The notes: a model not told the origin generated them from the letters alone. DNA of 64,000 nucleotides from Thermoplasmata archaeon (GCA_034667685.1 JAXDQU010000008.1:1-64000), one strand, 5' to 3'; counted from the stretch's first letter, positions 48,938 through 59,056 are shown. Program-made: numbers and translations.

Positions 48938-51900
48938 GCCAGAATGACCGGCGAGTACGACGTCTCGGCCCCGGCGACCTCGGTGTCGGCTCCGTAGCTG
49001 CCGGGGAGCGTCGCGCTCGCCTCCACGTAGTGCGTGCCGGGCAGGTCGCCCGTGGGCAGGTCCTGCGGGAGGGGCGCCACCGCCACGCCGTCGCCCCGCG
49101 TCGTCGCGCTCACGGTGTGGAGCACGATGCGCGAGAGGCCCGGCGCGGGCGCCCAGGTCACGTTGACCGTGACGCCGTGGAACGTCAGCGGGCCGAACGG
49201 GTCGTCGCGCAGCGAGACGATCGCCGTCGCCACGCCCGAGGAGGCGACGCTCGCGATGACGCCCACGTTCAGGTGGTCGTCCACGAGCATCGTGGCGTTG
49301 GCGTAGGCGACGAGCCCCGCCTGGTCGGTGACGCGCACCGTGACGACGATCGGGCCCACCGCGCTCGCGCGCCACGAGACGTTCATGCCCGTGGCCTGCG
49401 CCTGGAAGCCGTCGGCCGGGTCGAAGTCCCATGCATACTGGAGCTTCGCGTCGCTTCCGTCGGCGTCGTGGCTTCCATACGCGGATAGCAGGACGGGCAC
49501 GCCGGCCTCCGCGGCGGCGGGGACCGCGATCGCGGCGGAGGGGGGCGCGTTGGCGCCGAGCGTGACGTTGAGCGCCGCGTCCGCGGTGAGGTTGCCGTCG
49601 CTGACGACGACGTCGAGCGCGTAGGCGCCGGCCTGCGCGGCGCTCGTGGCCCAGACCAACGTCGCCCCCTGGAAGGCGAGGCCCGCGGGCGCGCCCGGGA
49701 CGCTGAAGCGGAGCGCGTCCTTGTCCGGGTCGCTCGCGTGGAGCGCGACGCGCACCGTGTCGCCCGCGACCGCGCTGACGTCGGGGATCGGCTGGAGGAT
49801 GGGCGCGCGGTCGGCGTCGGCGACGACGAGCCGGCCCACGGCGCTCGCGCTGAGCGTGCCGTCGTTGGCGAGGAACGTCACGTTGTATGCGCCGGCCTGG
49901 AGGTAGCCGGGCACCCAGCGGAGCACCTGGTGCGCGGCGTCGAACGTCGCGCCGGCGGGGAGGCCGCGCGCGCTGAACGAGACGGGGTCCGCGTCGGGGT
50001 CGGTGGCGGAGACCTGGATCTGGAGCGGCTGCCCCTCGATGCCGTAGGCGGTGGGGATCGAGGCGAAGACGGGCGCGCGGTCGACGTTGACCACGTGGAG
50101 CGTGATCGTGCTCTCGGTCAGGTTCTGGGCGTCGCTCGCCTGGAGCGTGATATCATAGTCGCCGGCCTGCGTGAAGTCGGGCGTCCACGCGAGGCGCGCG
50201 GTGCCGTTGCCGAAGTCGACGAACGAGGCGCCCACGGGAAGCACGGTGGAGAAGAGCGAGACGGGATCGCCGTCGACGTCGCTCCCGCGCACGAGGAACG
50301 AGAGCGGCTGCCCCTCCCGGCCCGAGAGGTTGCCCTCGATCGCCATGCCGGGCGGCGCGTTGCTGTGGCCCACCGTGATCGTGATCGCCTGCGAGTCCGT
50401 GCGCCAGCCGTCGGTGACGGAGACGTCGATCGGGCCGTACGTCCCCTCCTGCGCGAAGCCGGGGCGCCAGCGGAACGCGCCGGTCGCGTTGTCGAACGTC
50501 GCGCCCGCGGGCAGCGGCGCCATGGCGAACGTCACGTTGTCCTGGTCGGGGTCGCTCGCGCCCACGCGGAAGGCGAGGTCGTGGTCCTCCGCGACGACCT
50601 GGTCCGCGAGCGGCAGGAGCACGGGCGCGGCGTCGAGCACCGGCACGTCGCGCGTGAGCGTCGAGGTCCAGCCGTCCGCGTCCGTGACCGCGAGCGTCGC
50701 CTGGTACGCGCCGGGCGCCGCGAAGACGTGGCTCGCCGTCGCGCCGGTCGCGCTCCCGCCGTCGCTGAACGACCAGCTCCACGCGGCGAGGTCGCGGCCG
50801 TTGCCCTGCGAGGCGTCCGCGAACGCGATCGGCCGGCCCCACGTCGAGTTCGCGATGGTGAACGAAGGCGTGGGCGGGCAGACCTCGCGCGTCGGGATGC
50901 TGTCGAGGTAGCAGCGCGCGTCCACGCCGTTGCCGCTCCCCGCGTCGGCGATCGAGGCGAGGATGGCGGCGCGCGAGTAGACGCCCCAGTCGTTGTGGCG
51001 CGCGTCGAGCGCCAAGCCGTGCACGCCGGGCCCGAGCGCGAGCGTGGTCGCGCCGCGCAGGTGGTTGTGGCCGAACGTGGCGTTGGTGATATCATCGAGG
51101 GTCACGGCGGTGGTCGTGCCGCTGCCCACGACGTAGTCGTTCCAGAGGGTGGGCGAGCCGCCGCGCACGGCGATGGGAAGCGTGGCGGTGAAGACGTCGG
51201 CCGTGGACGAGGCGGGACCGGTGAGCGTCATGTCGAGGCCGCGCTCGAACCCGGTGAGGCCGTTGTTGGAGAGCGCGAAGCCCTGGCCCACGAGCAGGAT
51301 GCCCAGGGGCGCCTTCGCGCTGAAGGAGGAGGACTGGAGCACGTTGCCCGAGACGTTGGCGCCGTCCGCCACGACGCGCACCGCGATCGCGTCGAGGGGA
51401 GCGGTGCTGCTGTTGGCGGGGACCGTGACGAGGTTGCCGTGGATCCACGCGTCGGGCGCGGCGACGTCGATCGCGCGCAGCGGCGTGGTGGCGGCGGCAA
51501 GGTTGATGCGGTTGCCTTCGAGCCGCACGTCCGCGCCGGTGATCTCGAAGCCGACGTCCGCGGCGCGGCGTCCGAGCGAGGCGGCCTGGGCGCCGAGGTT
51601 GCGCAGCGTGGCGCCCTGGACGACGTCGCGGTCGCCGGCGACCTGCACGAGGCTCGCGGTGACGTCGGCGCCGGTGGCGGTGAGGTTGGGGTTCTGCACG
51701 ACGAGCCCGCGCAGCGTCGCGTCGGGCGCCAGGAGACGCACCGTGGCGAGGCGCGAGGCGGGGCCGTCGACGACGACGTCCTGCCGGTCCTGGCACGTCT
51801 CGCCGCCGGGCGCGGTGGCGCAGACCGTGACGCCGCTGGTGATATCAAAGCCCGCGTAGGTCCTCGGGGCGAGGAGGACCGTGGCACCGGCCGGGGCGCA

Positions 51901-52572
51901 GGCGAGCGCGTCGGCGACGGTGGCGTAGGCGCTCCCGCCGCAGGCGTCGGGCGAGACGCGGATCGCCGCGACCGCCACCGACAGGTCGTCCACGAGCACG
52001 GGGGCGCCCTGGGGCCACGCGCCGGGCGAGGCGACGAGCGTCTGGATGGCGAAGCTGACGAGGTGCGCGCCGGCCGGCATCGTCGCGGGGCCGCTCCCGT
52101 CGCATGCTTGCAGGGGCGCGGCGAGGTCCACGCTCCACGCGGCGTAGGTCGTCTGGCGGGCGAGCGCGTGCGGCGCGGTGGCGAGGCACGTCCCGTCGTC
52201 GAGCTGGAGCACCTCCTGGAGCGAGATCGGCTGCGGGAGGGTGGGCACCTCGAATTGATAGCGCAGCGCGACGAGCGAGGCGACGACGGGCGGCGCGGCC
52301 GGGAACGCGATCACCTCGCCCAGCGCGAGGGAGGGCTGCGGCGCGGCGCCCCCCTTGGCGAGGTCGACGGCCTGCGTGCCGCCGCGCGCGAGGGGGCTCG
52401 TCTGCGCGCCCGCGTAGGCCAGGACGAAGCCGTTGGCCTGCGAGGGGCTGCCTTCGAGGCCGGGATCGAGCAGCGCCTCCACGCTGGGCGGGGGCGTCGC
52501 GGCGCCGGAGGCCGGGGCGATCCAGGGTGCGCCCACGAGGACCAGGGCGACCAGGACGGTGATGGGCCTCAT
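48934..52572 (-). CDS. Large secreted surface protein: beta-helix, PKD and tandem Ig/cadherin-like repeats
   Basis: Signal peptide; parallel beta-helix-like region; PKD WSWSFSDG; ASDPDxD...LPAGATFD...W.P repeats. Confidence 0.8.
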   Translation of the reverse strand: MRPITVLVALVLVGAPWIAPASGAATPPPSVEALLDPGLEGSPSQANGFVLAYAGAQTSPLARGGTQAVDLAKGGAAPQPSLALGEVIAFPAAPPVVASLVALRYQFEVPTLPQPISLQEVLQLDDGTCLATAPHALARQTTYAAWSVDLAAPLQACDGSGPATMPAGAHLVSFAIQTLVASPGAWPQGAPVLVDDLSVAVAAIRVSPDACGGSAYATVADALACAPAGATVLLAPRTYAGFDITSGVTVCATAPGGETCQDRQDVVVDGPASRLATVRLLAPDATLRGLVVQNPNLTATGADVTASLVQVAGDRDVVQGATLRNLGAQAASLGRRAADVGFEITGADVRLEGNRINLAAATTPLRAIDVAAPDAWIHGNLVTVPANSSTAPLDAIAVRVVADGANVSGNVLQSSSFSAKAPLGILLVGQGFALSNNGLTGFERGLDMTLTGPASSTADVFTATLPIAVRGGSPTLWNDYVVGSGTTTAVTLDDITNATFGHNHLRGATTLALGPGVHGLALDARHNDWGVYSRAAILASIADAGSGNGVDARCYLDSIPTREVCPPTPSFTIANSTWGRPIAFADASQGNGRDLAAWSWSFSDGGSATGATASHVFAAPGAYQATLAVTDADGWTSTLTRDVPVLDAAPVLLPLADQVVAEDHDLAFRVGASDPDQDNVTFAMAPLPAGATFDNATGAFRWRPGFAQEGTYGPIDVSVTDGWRTDSQAITITVGHSNAPPGMAIEGNLSGREGQPLSFLVRGSDVDGDPVSLFSTVLPVGASFVDFGNGTARLAWTPDFTQAGDYDITLQASDAQNLTESTITLHVVNVDRAPVFASIPTAYGIEGQPLQIQVSATDPDADPVSFSARGLPAGATFDAAHQVLRWVPGYLQAGAYNVTFLANDGTLSASAVGRLVVADADRAPILQPIPDVSAVAGDTVRVALHASDPDKDALRFSVPGAPAGLAFQGATLVWATSAAQAGAYALDVVVSDGNLTADAALNVTLGANAPPSAAIAVPAAAEAGVPVLLSAYGSHDADGSDAKLQYAWDFDPADGFQAQATGMNVSWRASAVGPIVVTVRVTDQAGLVAYANATMLVDDHLNVGVIASVASSGVATAIVSLRDDPFGPLTFHGVTVNVTWAPAPGLSRIVLHTVSATTRGDGVAVAPLPQDLPTGDLPGTHYVEASATLPGSYGADTEVAGAETSYSPVILA

Positions 52573-52646
52573 GCCTGCCAGCCTCGCGGGTCGGAAGAGA
52601 GGAAGAAAGGGGGTGAGCCTTCGGTGTCACCCCCGGAGGTGACCGC

Positions 52647-55600
52647 CTACGGGCCCGGGAGCGCGGGGCCCACGAGCACGTACACGATCTCCGTGCTGCT
52701 GGCCAGGCCCGCCTCGTTCGTGGCCGTCGCCTGGAGCTTGTAGATGCCCGGCGTCAGGCCGGACGTGTCGAAGCCGTAGGCGAAGCCGTCGCTCGGGTCG
52801 GTGTCCTGGTGGACGACCACGCCGTCCACGAGGAAGTCGACCTCGGTGACGGGCGAGGCGTCGTCGCTGGCCGCGACGGTCATGGGCACCTGGGCGCCCG
52901 CGCTGAACGCGCCGCCGATGGGGCCGGCGAACTGCGGGTTCGTGAACGCCACGTCGGGCGCGCTGGTGTCCACCTGCACGGTGCGGGTCGTGGCGGACTC
53001 GACGTTGCCGGCGAGGTCCACGCTGGCGACCGTGATGGTGTGCGCGCCGTCGCCGCCGATCGTGCCGTTGACGGGCCCGGCCTTGCCGAACGTGACCGTC
53101 TTGCCGTCGACCGTGACGATCGTGCTCAGGATGCCCGCGTTGTCGTCCGAGCGCGCGACGCTGTACGCGATGGGCGTCGCGGACCACGTGCCCGCGGAGT
53201 AGCCGCCCAGGTCGAGCGTCGAGGTGGGCGCGACGGTGTCCACGTCGGTCGTCGCCTGCGCGACGCTCGTGGCGCCATCGGCGTCCGTGACCTGGACCCA
53301 GACCGTGATCGGGCCGTCCGCCGCGGGCGTGACCGCGTAGAGCGCGCTGGCCGAGGGCGCGAAGGTCGCGCCGTCGGTGCTGAAGGCGTACGCGTTGGCC
53401 GGGAGCGCGGCGTCCGGGTCCACGCTCGCGGAGGCGTCGAAGACGACGCTCGCCGCGTTCGTGAAGGCGGGCGCCTTGAGCGCAGCCTGGGGCGCGACGT
53501 TCTGGACGGTGAACGAGTGGCTGACGCTCGCGGTCTCGCCGCCGTTGTCCATGATCGTCTCGGTCATCGTGTACGCGCCAAGCTGGAGCGGCTTGTAGCT
53601 CACCGAGGTCGCGTTGTTGCCCACGCTGCCGAAGCTCACCGTGGTGGCGTCGGGGAGCGCGAGGCTCCAGGAGCGCGTCTGGACGCTGCCGTCGTTGTCG
53701 TGCGACGCGTCGCTGAACGTGACCGTCGTGGTGCGCACGATGCCGCTGGCCGGGCTGGAGGAGAACGCCGCGAAGGGCACGACGTTGTCGAGGCCCAGCG
53801 CGAAGGACGTCGCGGACTCGACGAAGGTGCCGTGGTCGGCGACGACCTCGACGCCGTACGTGCCGGTGGTCGCCTTCAGGTTGTCAAGGTCGGCCTTGAG
53901 CAGCGTGAAGCTCGCCGAGCCGCCCTGCGCGGAGACCGTGGCCGAGCAGCGCGCGACGTTGCTCGCGCACGCCGAGACCGTGGGGTTCGCGGAGGAGACC
54001 AGGCGGAGCGCGACGGGCTCGACGACGCGGCTCGCGGAGGCGTAGGTCGCCAGGAGCGTCGGGTTGTTGTTCGTGCTCGCGGCGCACGTGCTGCCCGCGC
54101 TCGCGGCGGGGCACGTCAGCGCCACCGTCGCGGGGCTCGCCAGCGAGAGGCCGGAGGCCTTGCCGGAGAGCGCGAAGGGCGTGACCTGGTAGTCCATCGC
54201 GTCGGCGAGGCTGAAGGGCGCCATCGCGTTGCGCGCGGGGCTGTAGTAGCCGCTCACGGGGCCGCTCACGGCGTTGACCATGCTGTCGGTGGGCACGTAG
54301 CCGGGGCCGAGGTTGGCGTAGCCCCACGCGGAGACCGCGGGCGCGCGGGTCGTGACCTGGTCGGCGGGCGCCACGACGAGGACGTGGTCGCTGCCCGCGA
54401 GGGTGAAGGCCGTCTGCGTGGCGAAGCCGTTCGCGCCGCCGCTGCGCGGGGTGCTAGCGTCGGTCGCGTCGAGGACCTCGAAGAGCGTCTGGACGCCCGC
54501 GAGCGGGACGGAGCGCGCCGAGCCGCCCGTGTAGTCCGCGGCCGAGAGGTCGTAGACGTACGCGGTCTTGCCGGCCGCGAGCTGCGTGAGCCCCTGCACG
54601 AGGCCGTTCTGCTCCGTCGCGGCGAGCGCGTAGGGCTGGATGAAGAGCGAGTAGCCGTCGTCCAGGTCGTTCTTCGCGGAGACGCCGGGCACGAGGTCGA
54701 AGCCCGAGAGCGCGACGTTGTCGATCTGCAGGCGCTGCCCTTCGGGCATTGCGTAGTAGAAATTAAAGAAGAACTCGCGGATGGCCTGGCCGCCCAGGTC
54801 GGCGTTGTCGTAGGCGAGGCAGTAGTGGCGCCACGCCCAGTCGGTGGGCAGCGTGGCGACGGCCTGGTTCGCGGCCTGGACGGACGAGCCGCCGGCGGCC
54901 TTGAACACGTTCGCCGTGAAGGTGACGCTGCCCGCGGAGCTGAAGCCGGCGCGCGCGTCGAAGCAGACCTGGATGGGCGAGCCGACCGAGTTGCCGGTCC
55001 ACGTCATGCCGTTGGGCGCGCCGATCTCCTGCACGAGGGCGAGGTGCTGGCCGTCGTCCGCGGCGTCGTAGACGAGCGACATGTAGCCGCCCGAGGTGCC
55101 GTTCGAGGTGGAGTAGTGGTGCGCGGAGGCGGGCGTGATGCCGGGCGGCGCGTCCGCGAGGTAGTCGCGCAGGTACCAGCCGGGGAAGGCGACCTTGACG
55201 CCCGGGGGATAGCTGCCGCCGGCCTGGGCGACGGACTCGGAGCCGTCGGAGTAGCCGAGCTCGAAGCCCGCGTCCACGAGGGGATTGCCGGGCTGGATGA
55301 GGCCCTCGGGCTGGCCGTCGAGGAGCATGAGGGGCGTGCCGGCCTGGTCGGCCTGGTCCGCCTGGGCGAAGCTGCCCTGGTCGATGAGCGAGTTGGCCGC
55401 GAGGCTGAAGTGGCCCGTGGGACAGGCGCCGCCGCCGGAGGCCAGCTCGCAGAGCGTGACGTAGACGTTGACGCCGTTGCCGGGCAGGTCGCCCATGAAG
55501 TTGATCGCGCCCGCGGGGACGCTGAAGGAGAAGCTGGAGACGGGCGTGGACGAGGAGCCGCCGTCCGCCCAGAGGCACATCGTGGAGCCGCTGCCCGCGC

Positions 55601-55904
55601 AGTGGCCCGTGGAGCCGCCGAAGGAGCTGTCGAGGCTCTCGAGGACGTAGCCCCAGCTCGTGACGGTCTTGGGAGCGCCGGTCGCGTCGAAGAGGCTCAC
55701 GTCGAAGGTGTACTCGTTCGCCGCCGGCGCCATGAGGGCGCTCTGGCCCTGGGCGACCGCGTTGCGCGGCACGATCTTGACGACGACGCCGTCGCCGGCC
55801 GAGGTCTCGTCCGACGCGTGGACGAGGGTGAAGGGAAGCGGACTGACGAGAAGCGCCAGGACGATGACGAGGATCGTCCACGTACGGTTGAGCTTGTGCT
55901 GCAC
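52647..55904 (-). CDS. Large secreted surface protein with PKD/Ig-like domains
   Basis: Signal peptide; DASHDNDG, FDASASVDPD, DLAGNVE; C-terminal Ig-like domain; GTG start inferred. Confidence 0.8.
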   Translation of the reverse strand: MQHKLNRTWTILVIVLALLVSPLPFTLVHASDETSAGDGVVVKIVPRNAVAQGQSALMAPAANEYTFDVSLFDATGAPKTVTSWGYVLESLDSSFGGSTGHCAGSGSTMCLWADGGSSSTPVSSFSFSVPAGAINFMGDLPGNGVNVYVTLCELASGGGACPTGHFSLAANSLIDQGSFAQADQADQAGTPLMLLDGQPEGLIQPGNPLVDAGFELGYSDGSESVAQAGGSYPPGVKVAFPGWYLRDYLADAPPGITPASAHHYSTSNGTSGGYMSLVYDAADDGQHLALVQEIGAPNGMTWTGNSVGSPIQVCFDARAGFSSAGSVTFTANVFKAAGGSSVQAANQAVATLPTDWAWRHYCLAYDNADLGGQAIREFFFNFYYAMPEGQRLQIDNVALSGFDLVPGVSAKNDLDDGYSLFIQPYALAATEQNGLVQGLTQLAAGKTAYVYDLSAADYTGGSARSVPLAGVQTLFEVLDATDASTPRSGGANGFATQTAFTLAGSDHVLVVAPADQVTTRAPAVSAWGYANLGPGYVPTDSMVNAVSGPVSGYYSPARNAMAPFSLADAMDYQVTPFALSGKASGLSLASPATVALTCPAASAGSTCAASTNNNPTLLATYASASRVVEPVALRLVSSANPTVSACASNVARCSATVSAQGGSASFTLLKADLDNLKATTGTYGVEVVADHGTFVESATSFALGLDNVVPFAAFSSSPASGIVRTTTVTFSDASHDNDGSVQTRSWSLALPDATTVSFGSVGNNATSVSYKPLQLGAYTMTETIMDNGGETASVSHSFTVQNVAPQAALKAPAFTNAASVVFDASASVDPDAALPANAYAFSTDGATFAPSASALYAVTPAADGPITVWVQVTDADGATSVAQATTDVDTVAPTSTLDLGGYSAGTWSATPIAYSVARSDDNAGILSTIVTVDGKTVTFGKAGPVNGTIGGDGAHTITVASVDLAGNVESATTRTVQVDTSAPDVAFTNPQFAGPIGGAFSAGAQVPMTVAASDDASPVTEVDFLVDGVVVHQDTDPSDGFAYGFDTSGLTPGIYKLQATATNEAGLASSTEIVYVLVGPALPGP

Positions 55905-56053
55905 AGGATGGCCTCCGGGCTGGCTCCAGGCCGCCCGAAACCGGGCTGCAACAAGGCCTTTTTCCCCAGACCCTGTCTGGATGCACCCGATCGGCTGCAC
56001 GGCGGCGCCGGCGGACCGGAACGTTTTCCCACCCGGCCGACCGAGGCGCCCCC

Positions 56054-56341
56054 ATGCCCCCGGTGATCGACCCGCGCCATCTCGTGGGCCTCCTGGGGAG
56101 CGCCGGCAAGTCGCTCGCCCGCGTCCCGGAGGCCGAGCGCGTCGGCGAGCGGCTGCGCGACGCGCGCTCCCCCGCCGAGCTGGCCCGCCTCCTCGCGCCG
56201 CTCGACCTCGGGCTCGCCCCGCCGGCGCGCCGCGTCGTCGAGCAGGGGCTCGCGCAGGGTCCGCATTGGGAAGAGCGGCGCGCGGCCCTCCTCCACAGCT
56301 TCGATCTGGCGCACGCCGAGCGGTTCGAGAGCGGGGCGTAG
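56054..56341 (+). CDS. Hypothetical protein
   Basis: 95-aa ORF with host-like codon usage. Confidence 0.5.
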   Translation: MPPVIDPRHLVGLLGSAGKSLARVPEAERVGERLRDARSPAELARLLAPLDLGLAPPARRVVEQGLAQGPHWEERRAALLHSFDLAHAERFESGA

Positions 56342-56416
56342 CGTCGTCAAGCGCGAACGGGGAAAAACGGCGGGCGGGGTGGACGCCCGCGTGGAAAGGA
56401 TCTCGGCGCGCTGCGC

Positions 56417-56674
56417 CTAGAGCAGGCAGGTCCAGACGCCGGTCGACAAGTAGACGGCGCAGAGGTGGTAGTTACAGGTGCCCTCGTAGCCGCAGTCGCC
56501 CGGGCCGTAGCCGGTGCACTCGACGCTGGCGGGACCGGTGCAGTAGCCGCCGACATGCTGGACGTCGATGCAGGTCGAGCCGTTGATGCAGACCACGCCA
56601 GCGGAGGCGCCGGGGAGGGCGACGAGGGCGAGTCCGGTCACGAGGCAAATGGCTGAAATCATCGCGAGCTTCAT
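56417..56674 (-). CDS. Small secreted Cys-rich peptide
   Basis: Signal peptide ending GASA; 8 Cys in a ~60-aa mature part. Confidence 0.7.
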   Translation of the reverse strand: MKLAMISAICLVTGLALVALPGASAGVVCINGSTCIDVQHVGGYCTGPASVECTGYGPGDCGYEGTCNYHLCAVYLSTGVWTCLL

Positions 56675-56848
56675 GGTATCACTGGGGGCCGCGAAGAGCA
56701 TTGGGCTTAAGCCGATTGGCGCCCACTCAGAGTTGTTACTTAGGCCGCGCCACGGCAGGATCGGAGAGTAGGAGCGCGACGCTCGCTCGAAAAAGAAGCG
56801 CTCGAAGAAAAGGCGCGCCCCCGATTCAGGGCGCGTCGTGGGGGCGGA

Positions 56849-57055
56849 TCAAATGGGGTGGCAGACCGTGATGACGCGCTGGATCACTTCGCAGTCGATG
56901 TACGATTGGTAGTCGGCTGCGCAGGTGAGGATCCCGTTGTCGAGGACGCAGAGAGGGTCGATGCCGCCATCGATGCTGCTCGCGGACGCGGTAGGGGCGA
57001 GGGGGATAATCAGGGCGAGGGCGCAGGCGATGATCGCGAGGTGGAGGAACTTCAT
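56849..57055 (-). CDS. Small secreted peptide, GGIDPLC family copy 2
   Basis: MKFLHLAIIACALALIIPLAPTASA-SSIDGGIDPLCVLDNGILTC...Y..YIDC...C. Confidence 0.72.
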   Translation of the reverse strand: MKFLHLAIIACALALIIPLAPTASASSIDGGIDPLCVLDNGILTCAADYQSYIDCEVIQRVITVCHPI

Positions 57056-57078
57056 GGGGACACCAGCAGAGGTCGACG

Positions 57079-57330
57079 TCAGAGCGGGTTGTACTGGCAA
57101 AGGGCGATGGTAACGACGGAGTCGCGCAGGGCCTTGACGGTGCCGGGCTCGTACTGGCGGTAGGTGCACTGGACGTACATCTCGTACTCGTGCTCGCAGT
57201 AGAGGGCGCCGTTGCCCAGCGCGCAGAGGGGGTCGATGCCGCCGCTGCCCACGGCGCTGGCCGAGACAAGGGGAAGAAGAGCAAGGGTCGGGACGAGGAG
57301 CACGGCAGCGAGGACGAACGCGGTTCTCAT
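57079..57330 (-). CDS. Small secreted peptide, GGIDPLC family copy 1
   Basis: Signal peptide, then AVGSGGIDPLCALGNGALYC...Y..YVQC...C. Confidence 0.72.
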   Translation of the reverse strand: MRTAFVLAAVLLVPTLALLPLVSASAVGSGGIDPLCALGNGALYCEHEYEMYVQCTYRQYEPGTVKALRDSVVTIALCQYNPL

Positions 57331-57437
57331 GGTGTTTTCTCCGGGCCAGACGGCCCAGAGCGGCCCACCCGAGGACGGTAGAAAGGAGGTTCCGCCAACC
57401 CGTGGTGAGTACGCCCGACCTGGCAGTTACGGTAACG

Positions 57438-58226
57438 TTACTTTCCGCCCACGCTGCGCAGATCTGCGCGGTCGTCGCCATCGAAGGCGTCGGGAATGGC
57501 GCCGTCGCGGAGGAAGTAGTCGCGCAGGCCCTGGCACGTGTCGATGGACCAGTACATGACGCTCCCCTTGTTGGGCGAGTGTCCCGGATGCGCGCCGTCC
57601 TCGTGGTTGCTCACCATCGAGATGCCGTTGTCCACGAGGCCCATCGCATGCCCGACCTCATGGAGCAGGGTGGACCGCTCGATCCGCCCGACGGCCTGGG
57701 TCGGCTGGTCCACGGGCAGGGGGACGCTTCCGCCGGGAGTGTCGACGCACGAGCTTCCCCGGATCGTGTCGAGGAAGATCGTCACGGGGCCAAGCTGGGT
57801 GCCGCCGATGGTGACTCCCGCGATGTCGTTGCCTCCCCCGCTCTTCTCGTACGAGCCGCTCGGGTAGAGGACGTGGAGCAGCGCATGGGGCGCCTGGTGG
57901 GTGTGGCGACGGCTCGTCTGCTCGAGGCGGAGCAGCTCGTCGCTTGACCAGACCTTGTTGGGGGTGTCTGCCAGCGACTGGTTGACGTCGAGCTCCACAT
58001 CCTGCTTCGACGTGACATCGCGGAGCGTCGTGAGCAGATGGTCCAACGCCGCGGCGCCTGGGCTGTGGCCGGGAGCGTAGTCGACCTCCACGACGAGCTG
58101 CGGCCAATCGGGCCCGACGACCTGACGTGGGTAGGAGGGCGCCGCGCCCAAGGATGGGCCTTGCAGCATGCAGCCTGCGGAAGCGAGGGCCAGCAACAGC
58201 CCAAGGAGAACGACGGCCCACCGCAT
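57438..58226 (-). CDS. Zinc metalloprotease lipoprotein (metzincin-like)
   Basis: Lipobox SAGC; LLHEVGHAMGL; downstream His and SVMY Met-turn. Confidence 0.8.
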   Translation of the reverse strand: MRWAVVLLGLLLALASAGCMLQGPSLGAAPSYPRQVVGPDWPQLVVEVDYAPGHSPGAAALDHLLTTLRDVTSKQDVELDVNQSLADTPNKVWSSDELLRLEQTSRRHTHQAPHALLHVLYPSGSYEKSGGGNDIAGVTIGGTQLGPVTIFLDTIRGSSCVDTPGGSVPLPVDQPTQAVGRIERSTLLHEVGHAMGLVDNGISMVSNHEDGAHPGHSPNKGSVMYWSIDTCQGLRDYFLRDGAIPDAFDGDDRADLRSVGGK

Positions 58227-58308
58227 GATCGGCGGCTTGCCCCGTCGATTCCTTGGACTTTGCCATTCCGGCGGGAAGACCCTCGATGCTTCCTGCGCGA
58301 CAGGTCAG

Positions 58309-58632
58309 TCACGCCTGCGTAGGTGGCGCGCTGGCGGATTGCTGCCTCGCCCGGTCCCACGCCTCGATCATCTCGAAGCCCTGGAGCCCCACCATGCCCA
58401 TCGCGGAGGCGAGGCTCGCCACCCCGACGAACACGGCCCACGAGGTGCTCATGATGCCGACCGCGGCGAAGCGCACCTGCAGGATGGTGATGACGACGAG
58501 GAAGACGCAGAGCGCGGCGAGGCGCAGCCATTCGAGGATGTGCCGCCGCGCGAGCCCTTCGCGGCGGCCGACGCGGTAGACGCCATAGACCGCCCCGAGA
58601 AGGAGCGGGTACGCGAGGAGCGCGCCGACCAT
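58309..58632 (-). CDS. Small membrane protein (about 3 TM)
   Basis: Hydrophobic segments; N-terminal AYPLLLGA. Confidence 0.6.
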   Translation of the reverse strand: MVGALLAYPLLLGAVYGVYRVGRREGLARRHILEWLRLAALCVFLVVITILQVRFAAVGIMSTSWAVFVGVASLASAMGMVGLQGFEMIEAWDRARQQSASAPPTQA

Positions 58633-58658
58633 GCTCGTGGCTCTCCGTCAGGCCCTAT

Positions 58659-58970
58659 TCAAACCCTGCGCAGGAGGACCGGGGGCCAGTCGAACCGCGG
58701 CGCGTGGAGATGGCGGGTCAGGCGCGCGTGCAGGTGCACCGTCGCCAAGGCGTACGCGCCCACGAGGCTCGCCACGCCCAGCACGAGCGCGGCCGTGAGC
58801 CCCGTCGCGATCACCATGCCGACGAACGCCGCAGTCGCCGTGCCCAGGAGCAGCCCGGCCACGGCGAGACGGATGTCCTCGAAGAGGCCGTCCCGGCTGC
58901 GCCCGAGGAACAGGATCCCGCAGAACGCGCCCAGGAGGATGGGGTAGGCCTCCAAGCCATCGAAAGCCAT
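58659..58970 (-). CDS. Small membrane protein (about 3 TM)
   Basis: Hydrophobic segments; N-terminal AYPILLGA, shared with its neighbour. Confidence 0.6.
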   Translation of the reverse strand: MAFDGLEAYPILLGAFCGILFLGRSRDGLFEDIRLAVAGLLLGTATAAFVGMVIATGLTAALVLGVASLVGAYALATVHLHARLTRHLHAPRFDWPPVLLRRV

Positions 58971-59056
58971 GGTCTGGGTCTCTGCAACAGGGGGGATTTG
59001 AGGTTTCGGAGGGCCCCTTCAAGATGGGGCCGCGAGCACGCGCAAGCGCCCGGACC

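Noticed and set aside
49738-56066. Very long plus-strand ORFs (1001 and 1085 aa), and similar long shadow ORFs such as 70-1383, 456-2690 and 25812-28853
   Set aside because: Antisense or alternate-frame shadows of real genes, expected at high GC3; low-complexity Arg/Ala/Gly-rich translations
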